Source: Trueperaceae bacterium
GTDB taxonomy: Bacteria; Deinococcota; Deinococci; Deinococcales; Trueperaceae
Direction of reading: 5' to 3'
Length of the DNA stretch: 64,000 nucleotides
Assembly: GCA_965213925.1 (NCBI GenBank)
Contig: OZ243927.1
Location: 2,496,001 to 2,560,000, forward strand
Shown here: positions 1-8,896 of the stretch, piece by piece
Numbering within the stretch: the stretch's first letter is position 1
Layout of the letters: every line of letters starts with the position of its first letter
Translations under genes and position numbers: made by a program
Notes under the pieces: model-generated
Told to the model about the DNA's origin: nothing
The model's database searches: none
What the model saw: only the letters and a program-made list of their open reading frames with translations

Positions 1-1014
1 GACAGGCTGGCGCAGCGCCTCGTCCACCGTCTCTACTCGCAGTCGGGCATTCATAAGCGCCACAGCGTCGTGCACGACTTCAACGTTGCGGCGGAGGGGG
101 GGCTTTTCTACGACCCGCCGAGCAACACCTTCAAGTCCCCTTCGACAAAAGTGCGCAACGACCTCTACGCGGAGGCGTCGAAGCCGCTCTATACGGGCGT
201 GGCGCGAAAGGTTTTAGAGGCGTCCGACTTCAGCGCGGATGACGTTACGCACGTTATCACCGTGTCCTGCACGGGCTTTTTTGCGCCCGGACCGGACTTC
301 TTCGTCGTCAAAGACCTCTGCTTGCGCCCCTCCACCCAGCGCTTTCACGTGGGCTTTATGGGCTGCTACGCGGCGTTTCCCGCCCTCAAGATGGCGCGGG
401 CGTTCTGCGAGGCGGACCCGAACGCGGTGGTTTTAATCGTCTGCTTAGAACTCTGCACGCTGCACCTGCAACTCGGCGCGGACATGGACCGCCTTCTCTC
501 GGCGTCGGTCTTTGCGGACGGGGCGGCGGGCGCTCTCGTGAGCGCGAGGCGTCCGCAAGAAGATACGCAAGAGGGGGGACGAGTTTTAGAACTCTCTCAG
601 CTCGAGACGACCCTCACCCCCACAGGCGAAGAGGACATGGCGTGGACGGTGGGGGACAACGGCTTCGATATTGTACTCTCGAGCTACGTCCCCAACATTT
701 TAGAAGCCAACCTAGAAGCCGCGCTCACGCCGCTTTTCGCGTCGTTAGGTCGAACCCCCGACGAGGTCCAGCACTGGGCGATTCATCCGGGCGGGCGGGC
801 GATTTTGGATAAGATTCAAAGAGGTTTAGCGCTGAGCGAGAAACAGCTTACGCCCTCGAGACAAACGCTTCACGACTACGGCAACATGAGCAGCGCCACC
901 GTGCTCTTCGTCCTCAAAGAGATTATGCAGCGTGCGCAGCCCCGCGAATCGGTCTGCGCGATGGCGTTCGGTCCAGGGCTAACCGTAGAGAGCGGTCTTT
1001 TCACCGTCTGTTAA
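1..1014 (+). CDS. Type III polyketide synthase (chalcone/stilbene synthase family), 5'-truncated by window edge
   Basis: Frame is open from base 1 (DRLAQRLVHRLYSQSGIHKRHSV...). Cys-His-Asn triad motifs GFMGCYA, WAIHPGG and YGNMSS are present, plus C-terminal AFGPGLT. Confidence 0.93.
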   Translation, partial: DRLAQRLVHRLYSQSGIHKRHSVVHDFNVAAEGGLFYDPPSNTFKSPSTKVRNDLYAEASKPLYTGVARKVLEASDFSADDVTHVITVSCTGFFAPGPDFFVVKDLCLRPSTQRFHVGFMGCYAAFPALKMARAFCEADPNAVVLIVCLELCTLHLQLGADMDRLLSASVFADGAAGALVSARRPQEDTQEGGRVLELSQLETTLTPTGEEDMAWTVGDNGFDIVLSSYVPNILEANLEAALTPLFASLGRTPDEVQHWAIHPGGRAILDKIQRGLALSEKQLTPSRQTLHDYGNMSSATVLFVLKEIMQRAQPRESVCAMAFGPGLTVESGLFTVC

Positions 1015-1734
1015 GTGCGGCTTTTTCTGACAGAGCGCGAGACGGACTTGCGCGAAAAGATGGATGACCCCGAGTGTGACCCGGATAAGCTGCGCAACAC
1101 GTACGCGCAGTTCGGCGCGGTGAACGCCCTAGTCTCAGGCTGGGAAAGGGTCTATGGGCGTTTTATCCGACCTTTCGCCGCACGCAGAAACCATACGCAC
1201 CTCTTGGATGTCGGCTCGGGTGGGGGCGACCTTCCGAGGAAGGTGGCGAAGTGGGCGGCGAGGGACGGCGTCAACCTGACGATCACCGCCATTGACCCAG
1301 ACGAACGCGCGGCCTCTTATGCAAGGGCGCAACCTCACCACGAAAACGTTACCTTTAGACGCGCCTCGACCACCGACCTCTTGCGAGCGGGTGAGACCTT
1401 CGACCTCGTAACCTCGAACCACCTCTTGCACCACCTATCAAAGGAAGAGGTCGAGAAAATTTGCTGCGAAACGGCGCAACTGAGCACAGGTCTTGTCGTT
1501 CATAAGGACTTAGAGCGTGCCGACCTCGCCTACGTAGGCTTCGCCGCCTTAGCTAAGACCTTTTTCCACAACTCGTTCATCGCGCACGATGGGCTCGTTT
1601 CTATTCGGCGGAGCTTTACGCGGGGCGAACTGCAAGAGGTCGCGCAGGATAGTGAGCCGCAGGGCTGGCGCGTCGAGCGCGCGGTTCCCTTTCACCTCTT
1701 GCTACTATTTGATCATGGGTGGGATAATTCATGA
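1015..1734 (+). CDS. Class I SAM-dependent methyltransferase
   Basis: Motif I LLDVGSGGGD and FDLVTSNHLLHH; directly abuts the PKS stop. Confidence 0.88.
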   Translation: MRLFLTERETDLREKMDDPECDPDKLRNTYAQFGAVNALVSGWERVYGRFIRPFAARRNHTHLLDVGSGGGDLPRKVAKWAARDGVNLTITAIDPDERAASYARAQPHHENVTFRRASTTDLLRAGETFDLVTSNHLLHHLSKEEVEKICCETAQLSTGLVVHKDLERADLAYVGFAALAKTFFHNSFIAHDGLVSIRRSFTRGELQEVAQDSEPQGWRVERAVPFHLLLLFDHGWDNS

Positions 1735-2855
1735 CCTACGATGCGGTGATTGTTGGCGGCGGTCCGGTGGGGCTCTTTCTGGGCTGCCGCTTGGCGCAGT
1801 TAGGGCTCAGGTTCGTCGTTTTAGAAAAACACGCAGAGCCGCTTCAACATTCTCGCTCGATCGGCATTCATCCGCCCTCGTTGGAGAAGTTTGAGGAACT
1901 CGGTTTAGTCAACGACCTCTTGGCGAAGGGTGTCAAAGTCACAAAAGGTCTTGCGTTTGGCTGTTCGAGACCGCTGGGCGAACTCGACTTCTCGCTCTGC
2001 CCGGAGCCCTATACCTTTGTCCTCACCTTGCCGCAGTACGTGACGGAGAATGTTTTGGAGCGTCACCTCTGCACGCTTCGTCCCGGTGCGTTGTGGCGGC
2101 GAGCGGACGTTTTGAACGTTCGAGATAGAGGAGACTACGCCGAGGTTAGCTGTGAACTCGGTGGCGAAACGACAGTGTTGAAGGCTCGAGTCGTCATCGG
2201 CTGCGACGGCAAGAACAGCGTGGTGCGCGAAGCTGCAGAGATTCCCTTCCTCGGCGGACGCTACCCCGACACCTACCTCATGGGCGACTTTGCGGACTCA
2301 ACCGAGTTAGGGTCTCACGCAGCGCTCTACTTGACCCCGGACGGCATCATCGAATCGTTTCCGCTGCCGAATGAGGTGCGCCGCTGGGTGGTAAAGATGC
2401 CGCACCTTTTGGAGAACCCTGCGCCGAAAAATTTGACGGACGCGGTGCGTAAGAGGTTGAAATACGAAGTCCTCACTGAAACGAACACCATGCTGAGCGC
2501 GTTCGGCGTGGAGCGGTACTTAGCCAAGAGGTTCTCTCGCGGAAGAATAGCTCTGGCGGGAGACGCGGCGCACGTGGTGAGCCCGATTGGTGGGCAGGGG
2601 ATGAACTTGGGCTGGTTGGACGCTTGGGCGCTGGCGGATGCGCTCGAGAATAAGGGGGGGCTCGAGACCTCGTTGCAGCGCTACAGCCAAGCCCGCCGCC
2701 GCGCCGCCAAAGCCGCTATCTTACGCGCCGAATTCAACACCGTGATGGGACGAGGAACGAAGCTCGCGCCGCTCCGCGACTTCGGGCTGCGCGGTGTTCT
2801 GCGAAGTCCTGCCAAGCGCGTGTTCGCGCACATGTTCACAATGCGCGGTCTGTAG
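1731..2855 (+). CDS. FAD-dependent monooxygenase (UbiH/FAD_binding_3 type)
   Basis: GGGPVG, GCDG and GDAAH..SPIGGQGMN motifs; ATGA overlap with the upstream gene. Confidence 0.9.
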   Translation: MTYDAVIVGGGPVGLFLGCRLAQLGLRFVVLEKHAEPLQHSRSIGIHPPSLEKFEELGLVNDLLAKGVKVTKGLAFGCSRPLGELDFSLCPEPYTFVLTLPQYVTENVLERHLCTLRPGALWRRADVLNVRDRGDYAEVSCELGGETTVLKARVVIGCDGKNSVVREAAEIPFLGGRYPDTYLMGDFADSTELGSHAALYLTPDGIIESFPLPNEVRRWVVKMPHLLENPAPKNLTDAVRKRLKYEVLTETNTMLSAFGVERYLAKRFSRGRIALAGDAAHVVSPIGGQGMNLGWLDAWALADALENKGGLETSLQRYSQARRRAAKAAILRAEFNTVMGRGTKLAPLRDFGLRGVLRSPAKRVFAHMFTMRGL

Positions 2856-2979
2856 AGCACAATTCGTCGTCCATCCCCCAGCACGTTTTCTGTTAGACTC
2901 CTCTCAAATTCATCAAGTTAGGGCGTGAGGCGATGCGAGAGGGCGTGGTCGTCGCGGAGGTTAAAACTCGAGAGGTGGC

Positions 2980-4425
2980 GTGGGTGTGATGCTCGAGATG
3001 CAAAATATCAGCAAACACTTCGGCGCGGTTGTGGCGCTTGAAGAGGTGGATTTCGGCTTGGAAAAGGGCGAAGTCCACGCGCTCGTAGGTGAGAACGGCG
3101 CAGGTAAGTCTACGCTGATGAAGATCTTAGCGGGCGTACAGCGTCCGACCTCGGGCAAGTTGAAGCTGAACGGGGAAGAGGTCTCTTTCGGCAGCGTCTC
3201 GGAGGCGCAGTCGCACGGCGTGGCGATGGTCTACCAGGAACTCGCGCTCGTCCCGCACTTGTCCGTCGCCGAGAACCTCTTTTTGGGGCGGCTCTCACCT
3301 TTCTTGCGTCACTCTGAAATGCGCAAGCGGGCGAAACCGCTTTTAGAAGAGGTCGAGCTGGACGTGGACCCGGCGGCGTCGGTGAATTCGCTCAGCGTCG
3401 GTGAGCAGCAACTCATCGAAATCGCTAAGGCGGTCTCGCGCGAGGGGCGCATCCTCATCTTAGACGAGCCCACCGCCGCGCTCTCCTCGGGCGAGACGCG
3501 GCAGCTTTTCAGCATCGTGCGTAAGCTTAAAGAGGGCGGCACGAGCCTCATCTACATCAGCCACCGGCTAGAAGAGATTTTCGAAATCGCGGACCGCGTG
3601 ACGGTCTTGCGCGACGGCGCGTGGGTCGCGACGCACAAGACGGATGAGGTCGAGCCGGACGAAGTGGTGCGCGCGATGGTCGGGCGGGACGTGAAGCGCT
3701 ACAGCCGCGAGAGCAGCGCGGCAGAGGAGGTGCTCGCAACGTTCACCTTCGAAGCCGAGGGCTTAGAGCGCGGCGAGATCGAGGTGAAGCGGGGCGAAAT
3801 CGTTGGGCTGGCGGGCGTGGTCGGCTCGGGGCGGGGGCGCGTGCTGGGCGTGCTCTTCGGCGAGGAGGGCGAGGCGACCTTAAACGGGGACGCGGTGGGC
3901 TCACCCAGAGAGGCGATAGACGATGGGCTCTTCTTCGTGCCGGGCGATAGGAAGTCGCAGGGGCTCGTGACGCAGCGCTCGGTGCAGGAAAACTTGACGC
4001 TCGCCATCTTGCAGCGCATCCAGCGGGCGGGTTTTTTGCAACGCGGACAGGAGCGAGAAGAGGCGAAAAGGTGGATTGAGCGACTCGGCTTGCGTCCGCC
4101 TGAGCCGGGTAAGCTCGTCTCGGAACTCTCGGGCGGCAACCAACAAAAGGTCGTGGTCGGCAAGGCGTTGGCGACGGAGCCGCGTTTGCTCTTGCTCGAG
4201 GAACCCACCAGAGGCGTCGACGTGGGCGCGCGCAGCGAAATCTACGACGTGGTTGACGAACTCGCGAAAGACGGGCTGGGGCTTTTGGTGTCCTCGAGCG
4301 ACACCGAAGAACTCATCGGGCTCTGCGACCGCATCCTCGTCTTCCGTGAGGGCAAGGTCGCCCACGAACTCCAATCCCCTATGACCTATGAGGAGGTGGT
4401 GCGCTATGTCACTGGCGCACGTTAA
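2980..4425 (+). CDS. rbsA: Ribose/sugar ABC transporter ATP-binding protein (start may be ATG 2989)
   Basis: Walker A GENGAGKST, two ABC halves, LSGGNQQK signature; clustered with rbsC/B/D. Confidence 0.85.
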   Translation: MGVMLEMQNISKHFGAVVALEEVDFGLEKGEVHALVGENGAGKSTLMKILAGVQRPTSGKLKLNGEEVSFGSVSEAQSHGVAMVYQELALVPHLSVAENLFLGRLSPFLRHSEMRKRAKPLLEEVELDVDPAASVNSLSVGEQQLIEIAKAVSREGRILILDEPTAALSSGETRQLFSIVRKLKEGGTSLIYISHRLEEIFEIADRVTVLRDGAWVATHKTDEVEPDEVVRAMVGRDVKRYSRESSAAEEVLATFTFEAEGLERGEIEVKRGEIVGLAGVVGSGRGRVLGVLFGEEGEATLNGDAVGSPREAIDDGLFFVPGDRKSQGLVTQRSVQENLTLAILQRIQRAGFLQRGQEREEAKRWIERLGLRPPEPGKLVSELSGGNQQKVVVGKALATEPRLLLLEEPTRGVDVGARSEIYDVVDELAKDGLGLLVSSSDTEELIGLCDRILVFREGKVAHELQSPMTYEEVVRYVTGAR

Positions 4426-5377
4426 TTGGCGCGGCATCTTAGCGCGTTTTGGGCTCCTGTTCGCCCTCGTTCTGCTCGTCGTCGTCCTGTCGTTCCTCTC
4501 GGACCGCTTCCTTACGACCTCGAACATCATCAACGTGCTGCGGCAAATTTCGATCAACGCGATCATCGCCTTCGGCATGACGGTCGTCATCATCGGGCGC
4601 GGCATCGACCTCTCGGTGGGGTCGCTTCTGGCCTTCGTCGGCGTCTTTAGCGCGAGCTTGGCGGTTGGCGGCACGGGTGGCAGCGAGGGTAGCGGCTTGG
4701 CGGTGCCGCTCGTCATCTTAGCGGGGCTCGGGGTCGGCGTCCTCTTAGGCATGGCGAACGGCGCGTTCGTGGCGTACGCCGGTATCGCGCCCTTTATCGT
4801 GACGCTCGCAGGTCTCACCATCTTCCGGGGGATGGCGCTCGCCTGGACTGACGGACGCCCCGTGAGCGGGCTGCCCGAAGTCTTCAGCACGCTCGGCTAC
4901 GGGACGTTTTTGGGCGTCCCCATGCCCATCTGGATCATGCTCGCCTTTCTCCTCGTGACACACGTTTTGCTCCAATACACGGCGCTCGGGCGCTCCGTTT
5001 ACGCCATCGGCGGCAACGAAGAGGCGGCGCGGCTCTCCGGGATTCCGGTGCGGCGCGTCTTGCTCTTCACCTACGCTTACACGGGCTTCGCTTCGGCGCT
5101 CGCCGCGCTCGTCTTAACGGGTCGCCTCAACTCCGCGCAGCCCACCGCCGGCACGATGTTCGAACTCGACGCGATTGCGGCGGTGGTCGTCGGGGGAACG
5201 TCGCTTTTTGGCGGGCGCGGCGGCGTCTTCGGCACGCTTATCGGGGCGCTCATCATCGGCGTGATCAACAACGGGATGAACCTCCTCAACATCGAGTCAT
5301 TCTTCCAGCAGATTGTCAAAGGAGGGGTGATTCTGTTGGCGCTACTCATTGATAGGATTTTGGCGAATCGCAGTTAA
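4406..5377 (+). CDS. rbsC: Ribose ABC transporter permease
   Basis: GIDLSVGS, AIGGNEEAARLSGI and ELDAIAAVVVGG motifs; GAGGAGG RBS before ATG 4406. Confidence 0.88.
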   Translation: MSLAHVNWRGILARFGLLFALVLLVVVLSFLSDRFLTTSNIINVLRQISINAIIAFGMTVVIIGRGIDLSVGSLLAFVGVFSASLAVGGTGGSEGSGLAVPLVILAGLGVGVLLGMANGAFVAYAGIAPFIVTLAGLTIFRGMALAWTDGRPVSGLPEVFSTLGYGTFLGVPMPIWIMLAFLLVTHVLLQYTALGRSVYAIGGNEEAARLSGIPVRRVLLFTYAYTGFASALAALVLTGRLNSAQPTAGTMFELDAIAAVVVGGTSLFGGRGGVFGTLIGALIIGVINNGMNLLNIESFFQQIVKGGVILLALLIDRILANRS

Positions 5378-5598
5378 GGAAAAGCCGGTCAGGTTGTCAG
5401 CAGTCCGGGTTTTCCTGACTAAGTAGGTACGTCGAAATAACCTAAATTAGTAAATGCCAACGAAGTCCGTTCTGGGCGCAAAAACTTCCTCGAGATCGTT
5501 CAGATTGTTGAAGGCGAAGTACTTAGCTGACTAGCTGAAATGCTCCTATCCAGGTACACTGAAAAAAACAACTACAACTCGTCTACCGAGGGAAATTT

Positions 5599-6021
5599 AT
5601 GTACCAACCCGACTACATCATGCGGACCATCAAGCAGTTCTCGGAAATGCTCGCGGCGCTGCTTTTCGGCGCACGAGCCAAAGAGCAAATCACGTTCAAC
5701 GATTTGGAAGAACTCAGCCTCAGCTTCACTGGGCTCAGCTTAGAGACCCTCATCGCGCTCGGTCCGCAGCAACTCCGCAACCTCTACTCGGCAACCGGAA
5801 CTTTGGACATTGACAAGGTCTATATCAGCGCGAGGCTGCTCTACCAGCTTTCCGAGCAGGAGGGTGAGGCGAGAAGGGCGCTTGCGCTAAAGGAGAAGGC
5901 TTTGAAGTTACTGCTCGAGGTCCACCGCGTCTTCGGTGATTTTCTGAATGATGAGCATGAGGTATTGGTGTCAGAGCTTCAAGCCGCCTTAGCGCAGCAG
6001 CCGTCCAGCTTGCAGAATTAG
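5599..6021 (+). CDS. Hypothetical helical protein (DUF6483-like)
   Basis: N-terminal MYQPDYIMRTIKQF resembles DUF6483; RBS-like GAGGGA; inserted between rbsC and rbsB. Confidence 0.6.
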   Translation: MYQPDYIMRTIKQFSEMLAALLFGARAKEQITFNDLEELSLSFTGLSLETLIALGPQQLRNLYSATGTLDIDKVYISARLLYQLSEQEGEARRALALKEKALKLLLEVHRVFGDFLNDEHEVLVSELQAALAQQPSSLQN

Positions 6022-6114
6022 ACTCGAGCGAACTTGAAAGGCTCTTTTGGACAAAACCTAATGCGCACGGTACACTGACCTAGACGTATCACAATTCACC
6101 CAAAGGAGAACTTT

Positions 6115-7056
6115 ATGCGCAACCTCTTTGCCCTGCTCGTCCTCTCACTTTTTACATTGGCAAGCGCCCAAAGCGTCGGCTTATCCCTCTCGACGCTCAA
6201 TAACCCCTTTTTCGTCACCCTGCGCGACGGCGCTCAGGCGGCGGCGGACGAAGCGGGCTATGAACTCATCGTCACCGACGCGCAAGACAGCGTCAGCACG
6301 CAGATTTCCGACATCGAAGACTTGGTGCAGCGCGGCGTGGACGCGCTCATCATCAACGCGACGGACTCGGACGCGGTGGTGCCTGCGGTGCGCTCTGCCA
6401 ATGACGCGGGTATTCCTGTGATTGCGGTGGACAGGGCGATTAACGGCGGTACGGTTGCCTATTTTATCTCGTCGGATAACGTCGCAGGCGGGCGTTTGGC
6501 GGCGGAATTTATCTGTAACCAGTTGGGTAGCGAGGGCAATATCGTGGAGTTGGAGGGCATTCCCGGTGCTAGCGCGACCAGGGAGCGCGGGCAAGGGTTC
6601 AGTGAGTACATGAATAACGAGTGCTCGAGCGCCGAAATCATCGCCAGCCAAACCGCCAACTTCAACCGTGCCGAGGGGCTTTCCGTCATGGAGAACATCC
6701 TCGTGGCGCAACCCGACATCGGCGCGGTCTTCGCCCACAACGACGAGATGGCGTTGGGCGCACTCCAGGCGGTCGAGCCGAGCGGACGCGATATGCTCGT
6801 GGTCGGCTTCGACGGGACGGACGACGCGCGGCAAGCGGTGGAGGAATGCCGCTTGGCCGCAACCGTCGCGCAGCGCCCGGACCAGCTCGGGGAAGAGGCG
6901 ATCGGCGCGGCGGAGCGTGCGGTGGGCGGCGAAGTGCCGAGTGAGACGGAGAGCATCGCGGTGGAGTTGGAACTCGTCACCAACGCCGAATGCGAAGGCA
7001 TCAGTGCAACGGGGACAGGCAGCGGAACAGGTGGTAGCGGGACGGGTGGCAATTGA
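6115..7056 (+). CDS. rbsB: Ribose ABC transporter substrate-binding protein
   Basis: Signal peptide; STLNNPFF, SDNVAGG, ERGQGF and VFAHNDEMALG motifs; AAGGAG RBS. Confidence 0.88.
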   Translation: MRNLFALLVLSLFTLASAQSVGLSLSTLNNPFFVTLRDGAQAAADEAGYELIVTDAQDSVSTQISDIEDLVQRGVDALIINATDSDAVVPAVRSANDAGIPVIAVDRAINGGTVAYFISSDNVAGGRLAAEFICNQLGSEGNIVELEGIPGASATRERGQGFSEYMNNECSSAEIIASQTANFNRAEGLSVMENILVAQPDIGAVFAHNDEMALGALQAVEPSGRDMLVVGFDGTDDARQAVEECRLAATVAQRPDQLGEEAIGAAERAVGGEVPSETESIAVELELVTNAECEGISATGTGSGTGGSGTGGN

Positions 7057-7105
7057 CCTCTTCTCGTGAGGGGCTGAGTAGAACGACTGCTCAGCCTTTT
7101 AACCT

Positions 7106-7504
7106 ATGAAGCGCTCTGGCATCCTTCACGGCGAACTCTCCCTTCTCGTCGCCTCATTGGGTCACGGCGACCTCTTGGTGATTGGGGACGCGGGCTTGCC
7201 CGTTCCCGCCGGCGTTCCTGTGGTCGACTTGGCACTCAAACCTGGTGTGCCCTCGTTCTCTGATACCGTTCAGACCATCCTCGAGGAACTCGTCGTCGAA
7301 AGAGGATTCGCCAATGCGGAGCAGCCAGACGTCTCACCGGATGCGGCGGCGGAACTCGAGACAACTTGGTTGGAGAATGTGCCGCTCGAGCGCATCCCTC
7401 ACGAGGATTTGAAAGAGATGTCAGCAAAAGCTAAGGCCATCGTGCGTACGGGTGAATTCACACCGTACTGCAACCTCATCCTCGTGGCGGGCGTGCCTTT
7501 TTGA
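7106..7504 (+). CDS. rbsD: D-ribose pyranase
   Basis: LGHGDLLVIGDAGLP and VRTGEFTPYCN motifs. Confidence 0.95.
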   Translation: MKRSGILHGELSLLVASLGHGDLLVIGDAGLPVPAGVPVVDLALKPGVPSFSDTVQTILEELVVERGFANAEQPDVSPDAAAELETTWLENVPLERIPHEDLKEMSAKAKAIVRTGEFTPYCNLILVAGVPF

Positions 7505-7597
7505 TGATTTGGCGGTGTACCACGTTTTGTGTATGAGATTATGCAAGCTCGCGAGAGGAACGGTTCAGTCGCGGCACGAATGCAAAACGGGACACCC

Positions 7598-8833
7598 TTA
7601 GCGGCTTTCGGTGTCGGCACGCCGCTCGAGCCACCGCAAAATACTTGAGGCCCCCAGCGTCAGCGCGATGTAGATCACGGCAGCGGTGTTGAAGGGCGGA
7701 ATATTATTGAGCCGCGCCGCCGCGAACTCCCTAGCAAGGCGGAAGATATCGCCCGTGCCGATGACCGAGACGAGCGCCGTGTCTTTGAACATCGCGATGA
7801 ACTCGTTGCCGAGGGGCGGAATCACGATTTTAAGCGCCTGCGGCAGGACGACGAAGCGCGAGACCTGCCAGCCCGAAAGCCCCAGCGCCTTCGCCGCCTC
7901 CCGCTGACCTTTTGGTACCGCTTGAATCCCAGCGCGAAAAATCTCCGCCATGAACGCGGCGTACGCGAGTCCAACCGCTAACGTTCCCCGTTGTAAATCG
8001 CGCAAAAAGCGGTTGTCGGGTTCGAAGAGCAGCCCTAAACGCCCCAACTCGCCAGGCAACACGAGCCCGATAAAGACGATGAGCACGATCATCGGGATGC
8101 CGCGCACGATGTCGATGTAGAGTTCGGCGAAGATGGCTAAGGGGTGTTCGCCGGAGTGCCAGCTCGCGAAGGTCAGCAGCAAAACGATGACGCTGAGTGC
8201 CCCGATGACTGCTAGCATATTGAGCCTCGAGGTGGGCAGCACCGACGTTTCCCACAGCACCGGCGTATCTTCGGGGACGACCTCTCTCGGCACGAGCGCG
8301 CCCGTGTAAGTTCCTGACGCGACGCGGTCCAACGCCGCTTGCGCGCTCGGCACCGCCCGGAAGCGCCGTTCGGGTGCGCCCTCTTCGTAGGTCCCTTGGC
8401 GCACTGCGTCCGAGAGGTTGTCGGGCGTGCCGCTGACAATCGCCACCGTGCCCTCCGGCTCGCCGATGAGGACGTACTGCTGTTTGGGTAAGAGATAGAG
8501 GCTCACTGCTACCGCTGCGAGAAGAGACCCGACCACGAGAAAGATAAGCACGCTGCGCGGTCCTATCTCTAAAAACTGCAAGCCCGCCAAGACCAGCCCC
8601 CACACGAACGCGAGCGTGTAAGAGGTCAGCGTAAGCGTCACCGTCATGGCGATACCCGGCAAGATAAAGCGCAGGGCGTCTTGATAGGTACTGTTGAAAA
8701 TAAAGAGGTAGATGAAGAGGGGGAGGAGCGCCAGTAGAACGAGGTAGCTCGGTTTGACACGCCCTAAAAGCCTACCGTAAGGGCGCGTTACCCCTCGAAC
8801 GTCGCGTTCAGCATCAGGATTAGAAGTCGCCAT
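7598..8833 (-). CDS. Polar amino acid ABC transporter permease with inserted soluble domain
   Basis: YIDIVRGIP, AEIFRAGIQAVPKGQREAAKALG (EAA loop) and PPLGNEFIAMFKDT motifs. Confidence 0.9.
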   Translation of the reverse strand: MATSNPDAERDVRGVTRPYGRLLGRVKPSYLVLLALLPLFIYLFIFNSTYQDALRFILPGIAMTVTLTLTSYTLAFVWGLVLAGLQFLEIGPRSVLIFLVVGSLLAAVAVSLYLLPKQQYVLIGEPEGTVAIVSGTPDNLSDAVRQGTYEEGAPERRFRAVPSAQAALDRVASGTYTGALVPREVVPEDTPVLWETSVLPTSRLNMLAVIGALSVIVLLLTFASWHSGEHPLAIFAELYIDIVRGIPMIVLIVFIGLVLPGELGRLGLLFEPDNRFLRDLQRGTLAVGLAYAAFMAEIFRAGIQAVPKGQREAAKALGLSGWQVSRFVVLPQALKIVIPPLGNEFIAMFKDTALVSVIGTGDIFRLAREFAAARLNNIPPFNTAAVIYIALTLGASSILRWLERRADTESR

Positions 8834-8853
8834 AGGGAAATACCGCTAAAAGA

Positions 8854-8882
8854 AGACGCCCTACGGTTGGAGTAGGGCGTCT
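8854..8882 (-). terminator. Stem-loop between SBP and permease genes
   Basis: AGACGCCCTAC-loop-GTAGGGCGTCT with a T-rich run on the minus strand. Confidence 0.6.
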
Positions 8883-8896
8883 CTAAGTCGCTTAGT

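Noticed and set aside
3901..4890. Long antisense or alternate-frame ORFs (also 7830-8603, 20068-20979, 23632-24498, 32847-33584, 49689-50519, 54343-55269)
   Set aside because: They are shadows of well-supported genes in high-GC DNA, Arg/Ala/Pro-rich, with no recognisable motifs.
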